The notes: a model not told the origin generated them from the letters alone. A DNA stretch of 64,000 nt from Candidatus Heimdallarchaeota archaeon (GCA_030603365.1 JAUVXV010000003.1:224001-288000); one strand, 5' to 3'. Shown: positions 49,272 through 59,530, numbered from the stretch's first letter. A program made the numbers and translations.

Positions 49272-50396
49272 TTACCTTTCAAATTTTTGAATAGTTTTTT
49301 GAATTATAATTTTTTCGTTAACTTCAACACCTATGCCTGCATTCTGAGTAGGTACAGTTAATGTTCCATCTTCATTTAATTCAAATATGGGATTAATGAG
49401 ATAATCTTTATAGTAACGAGAACTCTCACTGATATCATTTGGAAATGAAAATGTATCTAAACTAGCTACAGCGACATTTTTTGCTCTTCCTATTCCTGTT
49501 TCAAGCATTCCTCCGCACCAAAGTGGTATATTAACTTCTTCTGCTAACTTGTGTATAAGTAAAGTTTCCGAAATTCCTCCTACTCTAGCAGGTTTGACAT
49601 TTATAATTTTACACGCATTAATCTCTACTGCTACTCGAGCATCATCAGCACTCTTAATGGATTCATCTAAGCAAATTGGAGTGGAAATCTCCTTTTGTAA
49701 TTTTGAATGATCAAAGATATCATAATACTGGAGAGGTTGTTCAATCATCATCAAATCAAATCTATCCATTGCAGTGAAAATATCCTTATCTTTTAATCTA
49801 TAAGCGCTATTTGCATCTACCATAAGTAGTAAATCAGGATGATGATCCCTAATCTGTTTCAGAACATCAACATCCCAACCTGGTTCAATTTTTATTTTTA
49901 CTCTTTGATAATTTCTATCTATTGCATGCTGTATTTTTTCTAAAAGAGTACTAACATCCTTTTGTATTCCTAAGGATATCCCAGATGGTATTGATTCTTT
50001 CTTTCCACCGATTAGATCTTGTAGGCTTTTATCATTTATTTTACCATACAAGTCCCATATAGCGTCTTCAACACAAGCTTTTGCCATTTGATTGCCTTTT
50101 ATTCTTTTGCTGATGTCTGGAAAATCAGAAGGGTGATTAATCTCAGTTTCCTTAATCCACTTAAATAAGAATTCAGAAATAATATGGATACAGGAGTTTA
50201 TAGTTTCACCAGAATACCATGGACCTTCCTCAGTCACACACTCGCCCCAAGCTTTCTTTCCGTCAGCTTCTAGACATACCAAAACAATGTCTCTTTCCTT
50301 TGTTTCTCCAAAACTTGTTCGAAAAGGATTCCTTAATTCCATTTTAATTTGATATAAGCTTGTTTTTTCAATTTTCATATTTTTTCCTCCAGACAT
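49272..50396 (-). CDS. menC: o-succinylbenzoate synthase / N-succinylamino acid racemase (enolase superfamily)
   Basis: PFRTSFG, RVKIKI, VDANSAY, IEQP, CLDESI, NVKPARVGG, WCGGMLETGIGR. Confidence 0.9.
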   Translation of the reverse strand: MSGGKNMKIEKTSLYQIKMELRNPFRTSFGETKERDIVLVCLEADGKKAWGECVTEEGPWYSGETINSCIHIISEFLFKWIKETEINHPSDFPDISKRIKGNQMAKACVEDAIWDLYGKINDKSLQDLIGGKKESIPSGISLGIQKDVSTLLEKIQHAIDRNYQRVKIKIEPGWDVDVLKQIRDHHPDLLLMVDANSAYRLKDKDIFTAMDRFDLMMIEQPLQYYDIFDHSKLQKEISTPICLDESIKSADDARVAVEINACKIINVKPARVGGISETLLIHKLAEEVNIPLWCGGMLETGIGRAKNVAVASLDTFSFPNDISESSRYYKDYLINPIFELNEDGTLTVPTQNAGIGVEVNEKIIIQKTIQKFER

Positions 50397-50413
50397 AATT
50401 TTAATTGATTTGT

Positions 50414-51283
50414 CTAAATTTCCTCACGGTATTCAAGTAGATGATAACATTTTACTTGTTTTTCTAATCTTATAACTATGAAATCGGTAACTGCGTATCC
50501 TTCACTGAAATATTTTTCGAATGCTTTTCTTGTTTGATTTCTCCAATCAATTGCTAGTTCCTTATTATTTGACAGCATCGCATTGAAGTTCGGTAAAATC
50601 TCAAGAAATAATTTAGGAGAATTGAGATTTAAGTTTAAATTGTTTATAGCAAGAAAGTCATTCTTCATTTTTGTTTCGGTAATATTTTCTCCTTTTTCAA
50701 TATCTGTAATAGTATATTTGCTACATCGTCCTTTCAGATGATTCATTGTACGCTGAGATTCTAGGAGCCAATTGCAATAGAACCTGTCAGTTTCCATTCC
50801 TACATTCAAATCATCATGCATATCTCCCCAATAATTCACATAATAGATGTTACTAATTGCTCCAAGTTTGTGAAAATTAAGATAAGCATTTTTGGATTGC
50901 AATGGATCAAATGTCCAATTAATATACTCATATCCTTTATCGATTGCCCATTTCCTTTGTTCTAGTTTGAGTTGATATCCAATACCTCTATTCTGGTAAG
51001 CTTGTCTGACAGCATTGTGATGTGAATAAATATAGGTACCATAAGGTTCTTTGTTTCCAACCCATCCCCAAACATATCCAATAATCTGATTATTATCATA
51101 CGCACCGATAATAACTCCTCCACTTTTCCGAGTTGCATTAATCAAACGTTTGGGTACTAGCTCTCTATCCGGCATATTCCATGAATCTTGCTGAATATCT
51201 TCTAAAGCAGTATATTCTTCGAAATTTGTTATCTCCCGATACACAATTCCATTACTCATTTTTTTCATCCAGCTATCATTCAA
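50414..51283 (-). CDS. GNAT acyltransferase (N-succinyltransferase type, NSAR-associated)
   Basis: YSHHNAV..YQNRGIG..LK..QR, WTFDPLQSKNAYLNFHKLG, TDRF; adjacent to OSBS/NSAR. Confidence 0.85.
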   Translation of the reverse strand: MNDSWMKKMSNGIVYREITNFEEYTALEDIQQDSWNMPDRELVPKRLINATRKSGGVIIGAYDNNQIIGYVWGWVGNKEPYGTYIYSHHNAVRQAYQNRGIGYQLKLEQRKWAIDKGYEYINWTFDPLQSKNAYLNFHKLGAISNIYYVNYWGDMHDDLNVGMETDRFYCNWLLESQRTMNHLKGRCSKYTITDIEKGENITETKMKNDFLAINNLNLNLNSPKLFLEILPNFNAMLSNNKELAIDWRNQTRKAFEKYFSEGYAVTDFIVIRLEKQVKCYHLLEYREEI

Positions 51284-52565
51284 ACGAAAGAGATTGTACA
51301 GTTGTATTTGTTAAAAACTCAAAAAGAATAACTGCGAAAGCATATGCTAAATTACTTGTAGTAAACCTCTCACCTTTTGTTAGCCTTCTTATTCTGAAAA
51401 GAAGTTGTTGAATTATTGACAGCTTATTTTCTTCGATAAAATCTAAAGGTTCAGAAACAAATTTTGCATATAATCTTATGTCTATCAAAGGCAAAACCAT
51501 TTGCGGGTATTCCTCAAAAATCCCAAACCATGTATCAAGTAAATATTGCAAATATTTCTCTTGTTCTGCAATATCTTGAACTCCAAATTCTTCCATTGCC
51601 ATTCTGCGTAAGACTTTTTCTATATTTCTCTCTAGATTCAAACGTTTTGTCTCCGTTGTTTCTCTTTTTAATTTCAAGGTTTCAAACAAAGTTTGCTCTA
51701 TTGCAGCTAACAAAGGTTCAATTCTAGTTTGATCCATTTTTACCTGATCTAAGCTCTGGAATTCTTTCCTTACATCTCCTGGTTTTTCTTCAAACTCTTC
51801 TTGTCGTTTCTCTATGGTTTTATTGAATGCGTCTTTTAACAAATTGTGATATTTTGAAATTATTACATTGTTAACTAAATCATATAGAATGTTTTCATTT
51901 TGACTTAAAGGATATTTGCCAATAAATTTACTATAGATCTGCGCTGTGGATTGTATAGATTCAGATATTCCCTCATCGTACATGATTTTCTCTATTGCAT
52001 AGGCAAATACTGCTGCTATAAATCTCAAATCAATAAGAAATTCTCCAACTTCAAAAAATAAGAAAGCTTCAGTCATAGCTGGAATGAAATTTCTTAGTAT
52101 CATAATTATTTGAACTATTTTGTCATCAATTTCTAGACTACTTAATTCAATAAAATGATGAATAATATAATTAATGGATCTTGATACTGTTTTAAGGCAA
52201 TTAATAAACGATGATAATAAACCCACAAACTCATCATCTGTACAAACTTGTTTTTTATCAGTTGCTTCTAAAAGTGCAGAAATATCTTCCGCATAAAATT
52301 GAGGTTCATATTTTTTGAGTATATCTTCTGTTATTATTATACCATAAATCGCTAATGCCATATCTTTCTTTTGTGGTGATAAAAAGCCAATTTCGGTTTT
52401 TAATTCTCTCCTTAATTCACCAAGGAAAGTAGGCTGAGTTTGAACGAAATGCTTTATTTTAGATTCAAGAGTAGAATAAAGTTTTCGAAAATCATTTACT
52501 ATCTCAACAACATCTTTTGGTTCGTAATTTAGTTCTTCAGTATCAATGATCTCGCTACTCATCAT
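51276..52565 (-). CDS. Hypothetical alpha-helical protein
   Basis: 429 aa ORF overlapping both neighbours; no motif recognised. Confidence 0.65.
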   Translation of the reverse strand: MMSSEIIDTEELNYEPKDVVEIVNDFRKLYSTLESKIKHFVQTQPTFLGELRRELKTEIGFLSPQKKDMALAIYGIIITEDILKKYEPQFYAEDISALLEATDKKQVCTDDEFVGLLSSFINCLKTVSRSINYIIHHFIELSSLEIDDKIVQIIMILRNFIPAMTEAFLFFEVGEFLIDLRFIAAVFAYAIEKIMYDEGISESIQSTAQIYSKFIGKYPLSQNENILYDLVNNVIISKYHNLLKDAFNKTIEKRQEEFEEKPGDVRKEFQSLDQVKMDQTRIEPLLAAIEQTLFETLKLKRETTETKRLNLERNIEKVLRRMAMEEFGVQDIAEQEKYLQYLLDTWFGIFEEYPQMVLPLIDIRLYAKFVSEPLDFIEENKLSIIQQLLFRIRRLTKGERFTTSNLAYAFAVILFEFLTNTTVQSLSFE

Positions 52566-53772
52566 TTACACCTCCAGCAAAAAGTGAATACATCTCCTTG
52601 AAAGATGATGTTTTCTCCAATTCCTTACCTTTAATGAATGGTGTTACCTTCCAGTCTCTGAGTTCAGAACGTGATATTACCTGTTCCCAATTAAAATCTC
52701 CTTTTAGTCCACTTTTTATATCTCTCATTATTCCTGGTAAAAACAAGCAGGAAATAAACTCGGGATCACTGAATCTTGAATCAGTTATACATGCAAAGAT
52801 ATGAATCTCTTTTTCATCTTTAACTTCATGAATGTATTGTACTCTAATTACATCATTTGTATCTTTATAACGGAAAACTGCATCGGATGGAATTGCTATT
52901 TTTTCATTGATCTTATACTCAGTCAACTGATTTAGTATCAACAACAATTTTCTATTAAGAAATGCTTTATTGATAAGATTGAAAATGTTTTTAGGGGAAA
53001 CTTCTTCTTGAAAAGAGACCTTGTTTTCTATGTCCTCAGGTACTACAAATGAAACAGTATCAACTCTCAACATAGGTGGAGCTAAAAGTATTTCTCCTCC
53101 GCACTCACATTCTTTAACTGAGGTTTCATCTAAGCCTGAATAGACTTTTCCACAAGTACTATTGCATTGCATAATGTCAGTTAAGATGTAAGCTTTAACT
53201 AAAACCGCACCTGTAATCATCAGAGGCAAATTAGAGAGTTCAGTTCTCCCCCTTAAATTATATTCTTTACAGATTTGCCAATGTATGTATTTTCCTAAAC
53301 TGTTAAGATCAGTACTTAAAACATCAATTTGATTGTCTAAAGACATTTCGTCAGATTCCCTTAGCAGTTCTGTACGATTATAAACTCCAGATAAAGCGGT
53401 TGTTAGTATTTTTATTTCTTCATAAGTATTAGTCAGACTAACATCATTGAAATTCGAGCTGAAGAAATTTAAGAAATTGCAATCATCATTTTTATCTTTA
53501 GTAAAAATGCTATATCTCTGCTCTTTGGTAATATTTTGTGTATCTAGAAAAATCTGTTTTGACCCTTGTAAAACGAATTTCTCTTCTTTGAAAATATCTG
53601 AAATATTTGCATTTGATAAAGCATTTTTTAGTTGTTTTTTACTTTTGACATCTTCTTCTCCAGACACATCCTTTAAGCATTCCACAATATGGATGGGTAG
53701 ATCTATCTCATTATTCATTACTTCACAAACAAATAAATTTAGAACTTCTGAAGCTGATTGTTCACCTTCCAT
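52555..53772 (-). CDS. Hypothetical protein with central zinc ribbon
   Basis: CNSTCG...CECGG; AGGAG RBS before MEGEQ (53772). Confidence 0.65.
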   Translation of the reverse strand: MEGEQSASEVLNLFVCEVMNNEIDLPIHIVECLKDVSGEEDVKSKKQLKNALSNANISDIFKEEKFVLQGSKQIFLDTQNITKEQRYSIFTKDKNDDCNFLNFFSSNFNDVSLTNTYEEIKILTTALSGVYNRTELLRESDEMSLDNQIDVLSTDLNSLGKYIHWQICKEYNLRGRTELSNLPLMITGAVLVKAYILTDIMQCNSTCGKVYSGLDETSVKECECGGEILLAPPMLRVDTVSFVVPEDIENKVSFQEEVSPKNIFNLINKAFLNRKLLLILNQLTEYKINEKIAIPSDAVFRYKDTNDVIRVQYIHEVKDEKEIHIFACITDSRFSDPEFISCLFLPGIMRDIKSGLKGDFNWEQVISRSELRDWKVTPFIKGKELEKTSSFKEMYSLFAGGVNDE

Positions 53773-53930
53773 TTTGCCTACTCCTATTGAATTGGTGATC
53801 AAATAATATTGAATTCAATTTATCAAATAATATTATCCTTATTCGTATAATTTCACTAGGGTTTTTCAACTTTTACTTAATATTTTTGCAAAAAGAATAA
53901 TTTATAGGAGTACAGTAATGCTGAAAATCG

Positions 53931-54443
53931 TTAATTTCCTTTTTCTAGTGCTATTTCTGCCATTTTTCTAAAAACAGGATAAAGGTTTTTATCATCTTTA
54001 GCAGACACTTCAAAATATACTGTTTTCAGATCCGAAGCAAATTTCTCTCCTTCTTCTGCCTTTACAGCTCTTTTTTCCTCAAGATCTATTTTATTTCCTA
54101 CAATAATAATTGGAATATCTCCTAATGTATCTAAAAGAAGGTCTTTCCAGTAGTTTAATCTATCAAAACTTTCTCTACTGGTGATATCATAAATTAGTGC
54201 TGCTATAACTGATCCTTGAAAATATTTTGGAAGAACAGGATGAAATCTTTCTTGAGAACCTGAATCACCGATAATTAAGCGTATCTCCTTTCCATCAATT
54301 GTTGTGTCCCAAATAAGAAAATTAGCTCCTAATGTTGGTTGGTGAGTAACTGGAAAAGAACCTTGAGCTTGTCTAAGAGCTATTGATGTTTTACCAACCC
54401 CTGGTTCACCACATAACGAAATTTTGAAGCTAATCTCTGTCAT
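53931..54443 (-). CDS. Rab-like small GTPase (Ras superfamily)
   Basis: GEPGVGKT (G1), PTLG (G2), DSGSQERF (variant G3), GNKID (G4), EVSAK (G5); no C-terminal Cys. Confidence 0.93.
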   Translation of the reverse strand: MTEISFKISLCGEPGVGKTSIALRQAQGSFPVTHQPTLGANFLIWDTTIDGKEIRLIIGDSGSQERFHPVLPKYFQGSVIAALIYDITSRESFDRLNYWKDLLLDTLGDIPIIIVGNKIDLEEKRAVKAEEGEKFASDLKTVYFEVSAKDDKNLYPVFRKMAEIALEKGN

Positions 54444-54546
54444 AATTCAAGATATCTCACATTTCTTTCTTTTAAAGCATTTTTATTATCCTAAGAATAG
54501 AAAGAAACTCATTTATACAACTTAAATTTCTATATTTTGTATCCTA

Positions 54547-54732
54547 ATGTCAAATAGAGAGCAATGCGGAGAATATGAAATCTACCAAGATGATGAGGAT
54601 TGGTGGGTAGTGAAACATTCGAGTGAAAACAAAATTATTGGAAAATTTCTGAAAAAAGAAGATGCTCTGGAAAACATTGCTAAGTTTTTACAAGACGATA
54701 CTGAAAGAACTGAATCCGAATCAGTTTGTTGA
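54547..54732 (+). CDS. Small acidic protein (DUF2188/DUF1508-like pattern or peptide precursor)
   Basis: 61 aa; YEIYQDDEDWWVVK...KFLKKEDA; overlaps start of the rSAM gene. Confidence 0.5.
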   Translation: MSNREQCGEYEIYQDDEDWWVVKHSSENKIIGKFLKKEDALENIAKFLQDDTERTESESVC

Positions 54733-56093
54733 GAAAAATGGCTGATAAAGTACTATATCATATTTTTGAAAAACATAACACATTTTTCTTAGTTGATTCT
54801 TTCAATCAATTTTTCTGGAATATTGGTACCAACATGCAGATTGTGAAAAAAATTGAGGACTTAGTTAAATTTGGTTTCTTCAGCAAATCAGCTCCTTCTG
54901 TTGATGTATCTGAAAACTCGCACTCATTTGATATTAATCAATTAGTTCTAAATCCTTCTACTGAGTGTAATTTAGATTGTTGGTATTGCTATTCAAGTAA
55001 AATTCGAAAACTTAATAAGAATGAGTTGAATTTCGAAGACTTAAAACTGATATTTGAAACAGTATTAAGATATAAAACCAAGATGGAATCAAAATCTGAT
55101 ATAACTGTTAGCTTAGGCTATACTCAAGAAATAACTCAAAACTTTGATTTATTCCTTAAAATCAAAAAATATTTAGAACAAGAACAAAAGAAGCATGAAT
55201 TTCAGATATTTCTTTTTCCACCTTCTACGAATCTTTTCACAATAAATAGTAGTTTTGTAGATTTTATTAATGAATATGGATATCTTACAGTCTCAATAAA
55301 CCTAGAAAATAAAAAACAAAAACAGATGATGTTGGAAAATTTAAAGCTCTTTGATTCGAATGTGAAAAAGCATTTAATTATCCCTATTGCAGCTGGAAAA
55401 AGAAATTTATTTGATATTTATAATGAATACTTTCTCTATTTCGATTTCGTTTCAATACGTCCTGCAAGAGTTGAAGCAGATTCCGTTTTTCCTTGGACTG
55501 AAAATTCTCTTGCGGAATTAAAATATGAGATTACTCGATTGTTCCAAACCCTACTACATAAGAAGGATGAAGATCTGATCACATTCCTAACAAGAATAGG
55601 TCCTACTGATTACCTAGGCAGATATTTAGAAAGGGTGATAACCAGAACCAAAACTCTGCTTAGATGTTCTGCAGGAAGAAACGCTTTTGCAATTGATCCT
55701 TGTTTGGATGTTTATCCATGTTCTGGAATGATTGGAATACCAGAGTTAAATTTAGGTAAAATTCAACTAGATGACGAAGACTTACAATTTAATGGGACCA
55801 AACTTGAATTATTTACAGAGAGGATTGAATGTTCTAGATGTTGCATTCAGTACTATTGTGGTGGTCCTTGTATTGATTGGTTGAATAAACAGTATGGAAA
55901 TCTAGAGCGGTTCGTAAATAAGTACGAATGTGAATTAAATAAACACATATTTGAAGAAACTGTGTTTTTTGTATATCAACTCCAGGAAGAAAGAAAAAAA
56001 GCATTTAACAAGCTTCTTATCGCTAGAAAATTGGAGAATAATTTGACTTATGCTCTAGATTTTGATAAGTTTCATCGATTTTTTACTCAATAA
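54726..56093 (+). CDS. Radical SAM protein with SPASM domain
   Basis: CNLDCWYC; CSAG...VYPC...CSRC..QYYCGGPC...C. Confidence 0.9.
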   Translation: MLRKMADKVLYHIFEKHNTFFLVDSFNQFFWNIGTNMQIVKKIEDLVKFGFFSKSAPSVDVSENSHSFDINQLVLNPSTECNLDCWYCYSSKIRKLNKNELNFEDLKLIFETVLRYKTKMESKSDITVSLGYTQEITQNFDLFLKIKKYLEQEQKKHEFQIFLFPPSTNLFTINSSFVDFINEYGYLTVSINLENKKQKQMMLENLKLFDSNVKKHLIIPIAAGKRNLFDIYNEYFLYFDFVSIRPARVEADSVFPWTENSLAELKYEITRLFQTLLHKKDEDLITFLTRIGPTDYLGRYLERVITRTKTLLRCSAGRNAFAIDPCLDVYPCSGMIGIPELNLGKIQLDDEDLQFNGTKLELFTERIECSRCCIQYYCGGPCIDWLNKQYGNLERFVNKYECELNKHIFEETVFFVYQLQEERKKAFNKLLIARKLENNLTYALDFDKFHRFFTQ

Positions 56094-56145
56094 TTAGCAT
56101 AGTTGAGCACAAAATTAACATATCAGAACAACAATAAATGTACAG

Positions 56146-57282
56146 ATGTTTGTACCTCCGCAAAGAATGTCTCACAAAGAAAGTTGTAAAATCTGTAATG
56201 AGCACAAACTAGTGTCAGAGAGTTTGTCTGTTTGTTATGATTGCATTCTTTCATTTGAATCAGAAGCTGAGGTATTTATTAGCGAAGCGCACAAAATTGC
56301 TAGAAATAAATTTAATTTACCCGTTAAAGCTCCTTCTGGAGAGCTTCAAAGTTGTTCTTCCTGTAATCATAATTGTAGTTTTGGAGAAAATGACATTAGT
56401 TTTTGTGGATTAAGGTATACAAAAAATGGAAAGTTTGTATCTAAAACTAATACCGAAACAGCTGCTTTAGATTTTTATTTTGATCCATTACCTTGTAATT
56501 GTTGCGCTTCTTGGTTCTGTCCTGCAGGAACGGGTGATGGTTATCCAAATTATGCGTATAAAGATGGAAAAGAGACTGGATATTACAATCTCTCAATATT
56601 TTTCTATGGGTGTTCTTTTAACTGTTTATTCTGTCAAAACAAGGATCATAAAAATATAGGTTTAGGTTCTAAAGTAACAATTGAACAATTAACATCAACT
56701 TTCTTAAATAATCCACAGATTTCATGTGTGTGTTTTTTCGGCGGATCACCTGAACCTCAATTTGATTTTGCTTTAAACCTATCTGAAAGAATTATAAAAA
56801 TAGCCAAAAGAGAAAAACGAATATCACGTATTTGTTGGGAATGGAATGGTTTTGGAAACAGAAAAAAAGTTCAGAAAGCAGCAGAACTCTCCTTAGAATC
56901 AGGGGGCAACATCAAATTCGATTTGAAAGCATGGTCACCCTCAATACATAAAGCTTTGACAGGTGTAGATAATAAAAAAGTTTTAGAAAATTTCGAATTT
57001 ATAGGAAAAAAATTTTTTGGAGAAAGACCTGATGTACCCATGTTAAATGCGACAACATTACTAGTTCCAGGATATATTAATGAAAATGAAGTAGAACAAA
57101 TAGCTTCTTACATTGCTAGTATTGATGAAAACATTCCTTACTCTTTATTGGGATTTTATCCTCATTTTGAAATGACTGATCTTCCCCTTACTTCTCTGGA
57201 ATTAGCTGAAAGGTGTTTTGATGTAGCTTCTGATTATCTTAAAAAAGTAAATATTGGTAATAAACATCTGTTATCCAAATAA
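56146..57282 (+). CDS. Radical SAM protein, PFL-activase / AmmeMemoRadiSam-like archaeal family
   Basis: Cys-rich N-terminus, GCSFNCLFCQN, FFGGSPEP, FDLKAW, TLLVPGY, VNIGNKHLL. Confidence 0.88.
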   Translation: MFVPPQRMSHKESCKICNEHKLVSESLSVCYDCILSFESEAEVFISEAHKIARNKFNLPVKAPSGELQSCSSCNHNCSFGENDISFCGLRYTKNGKFVSKTNTETAALDFYFDPLPCNCCASWFCPAGTGDGYPNYAYKDGKETGYYNLSIFFYGCSFNCLFCQNKDHKNIGLGSKVTIEQLTSTFLNNPQISCVCFFGGSPEPQFDFALNLSERIIKIAKREKRISRICWEWNGFGNRKKVQKAAELSLESGGNIKFDLKAWSPSIHKALTGVDNKKVLENFEFIGKKFFGERPDVPMLNATTLLVPGYINENEVEQIASYIASIDENIPYSLLGFYPHFEMTDLPLTSLELAERCFDVASDYLKKVNIGNKHLLSK

Positions 57283-57286
57283 TCAA

Positions 57287-57312
57287 AGCAATCTATCTTC
57301 AAGTAGATTGCT
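57287..57312. terminator. Hairpin between convergent genes
   Basis: AGCAATCTA-N8-TAGATTGCT directly after the rSAM stop. Confidence 0.4.
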
Positions 57313-57430
57313 ACTTCTATTAGGAATGTTTCTAAGTATTCACTTCTTTCTCTATACCTTAGAAAAGAGTGATCTAAGTAGTACTTTCAACTGATTCATA
57401 GTTTTGAGGATGAATTGTTTAGATGTAGTA

Positions 57431-58288
57431 CTACTGTTTATTTCTCTTCTTTCTCAGGATTAACACAACTAAGCTAGATAAAAAGAGAGATATTAATCCA
57501 TAACTCCAGTTGTAGGGTACTCTAATATCACCGTTTTCTATCTCTAAGAGAAGATGAGTTCTTAAGTAATCTCCTTCGTGGTAATCTTCTTCTCCTTCTA
57601 TTACTCTTTCCACTTCTAATCTTGATAAAACTCCCCAGTCTGTATTATAGACAATTTCAGTTGTATATTCCCAAATATAACCCCAACCAGTTTCTGCACT
57701 ATAGGATTTCATTGAAAATGAATTGCCACTAATTGCTACATCAAATGAATACTCAGTGTGAGAAACTTCAAAGGGTTCTAGACTCTCATAAATGTAATCT
57801 TGAAATACTTTCAGTGTATCTTCATTTTCAAGTGTGAGAGTTATTGGAAGAATATAAACTGTGAAAGGATTTGGATATGGACTAGTTAATACTATATTAT
57901 CAACATAAAAATCCATTGCATTATCACCAATAAAATCATCATTTAGGTAAAAATCTGCCCATGATTCATTTGTATTAAAGAGATATCCAAGACTGTCTGG
58001 ATTTAAATCATCCGGATCTTCTTTGATTTTAATTTTAAAAACATCACCCAGTGTCATTGAATAGGAATTAGAAAAACCCCAATAATACTCTTCTACGTGT
58101 GTGAAGTATCCTTGTGCTTCAATTTCTAATACTTTGAGTTTCCATGATAGCTCAGTATTGGGAGTTAGTTTATCAGAATATTGAACAGATGAGATAACCT
58201 GACTTTCTACAGTTGCAGTATTATTTAAAGCAAGATTTAGTAATAATATTAAGAGAAGAGATGTTAATCCTTTTTTCTTGTTAATCAT
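57431..58288 (-). CDS. Secreted surface protein with C-terminal PYxW-TM-basic anchor
   Basis: Signal peptide; YSD, GD..KIKI.EDPD motifs; RVPYNW-TM-RKKR. Confidence 0.75.
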   Translation of the reverse strand: MINKKKGLTSLLLILLLNLALNNTATVESQVISSVQYSDKLTPNTELSWKLKVLEIEAQGYFTHVEEYYWGFSNSYSMTLGDVFKIKIKEDPDDLNPDSLGYLFNTNESWADFYLNDDFIGDNAMDFYVDNIVLTSPYPNPFTVYILPITLTLENEDTLKVFQDYIYESLEPFEVSHTEYSFDVAISGNSFSMKSYSAETGWGYIWEYTTEIVYNTDWGVLSRLEVERVIEGEEDYHEGDYLRTHLLLEIENGDIRVPYNWSYGLISLFLSSLVVLILRKKRNKQ

Positions 58289-58519
58289 TCTTACAACCTC
58301 GAATAAACTACTAAGTTTAATCTTAAATTGTACCTTATTCTATAACTATAAAAATTTTGTTAGAAATGATAGGAAATCATGATAAGCATTCCATTTCTTC
58401 TCTTTTCACATTTTTTACATATATCTTCCTTATAAAAGCTAAAGAAACTTTATATTAAATCACGTCTATAATTATACAGGTTTACTATATCAAATAGACT
58501 TAACTAAGTTGGTGAATTT

Positions 58520-59353
58520 ATGAATAAAAAAGTTATTAGTGCAATAATTTTACTAACATGTTTGGTTTTTATGCCGATTACAACATCAGCTGATTACCCT
58601 ACTGGGGAACTAGGATATTCTGATGAGATAGCTGTTGGTGAAGAATTTGAATGGACTGTATCAAAACTGGAAGTTACAGGTGATTTTGATCACTTAGCTG
58701 ATCGTTTCTATATTGGAGATACCATATTATATCAAGGAGACAAAATTAAAATAAAAATCCTCGAAGATCCTGATGAAGCCACTGATATCTGGTTTGATAT
58801 TTACGTGAATGATATCAAAATTATTGATCCCGATCCCTATTTTGTCTATATTATCTGGCGTAGTATGTACTACACCTCTTGTGATTTCTTCATCACCCCA
58901 GTAACTTACACCAATGCTACTGGAACTTACAATCTTTATGAACAAACCTATGAAGAACTTGAAGATAGAAACTATGATAATAGCGATAGCTATTCTGAAG
59001 TATATGATGGTGTAACCTATGAATATACCTACTCAAAAAAGTTTGAATTCAAATTACAAGGGGATGTTTTCTCAATTTATAGGTACTATTATGAATCTTA
59101 TTCCATAAAAGGAAACGGCTATGATGAATCATGGTATTGGAAATGGATGATAGAAACGACAATCAATATTAGAACTGGTCTAGTAGGTAAAGCTGAAATA
59201 TTGTATGATCTTGATGAGTACGATCGCAAAGGTAAATTGCATTTGTTAATAGATAGTGACTATGCCAAGACTCCCTATGAATGGGCTTACAGTTTTCTAG
59301 GTATAACAGTTATAGCTGCAGTTGTAGCATTAGTTAAAAGAAAGAGAAAATAG
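58520..59353 (+). CDS. Secreted surface protein, paralogue of the divergent gene
   Basis: Signal peptide; YSD, GDKIKIKILEDPD; KTPYEW-TM-KRKRK. Confidence 0.75.
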   Translation: MNKKVISAIILLTCLVFMPITTSADYPTGELGYSDEIAVGEEFEWTVSKLEVTGDFDHLADRFYIGDTILYQGDKIKIKILEDPDEATDIWFDIYVNDIKIIDPDPYFVYIIWRSMYYTSCDFFITPVTYTNATGTYNLYEQTYEELEDRNYDNSDSYSEVYDGVTYEYTYSKKFEFKLQGDVFSIYRYYYESYSIKGNGYDESWYWKWMIETTINIRTGLVGKAEILYDLDEYDRKGKLHLLIDSDYAKTPYEWAYSFLGITVIAAVVALVKRKRK

Positions 59354-59530
59354 AAGTCAATTTATTTTCTCCTTTTTTTTATTATTTTACCTCTGTTAGA
59401 AAGAATAAGAAAGATTTCTATTTCATGATTGAATTTTGTCATGTTGCCATATTATCTTTAGGGTAGTTTTTAGTTTAGTTTATGTGATTTCTTTTTTAAA
59501 TAATCCAACTTATTTGTAATTAATACCATA

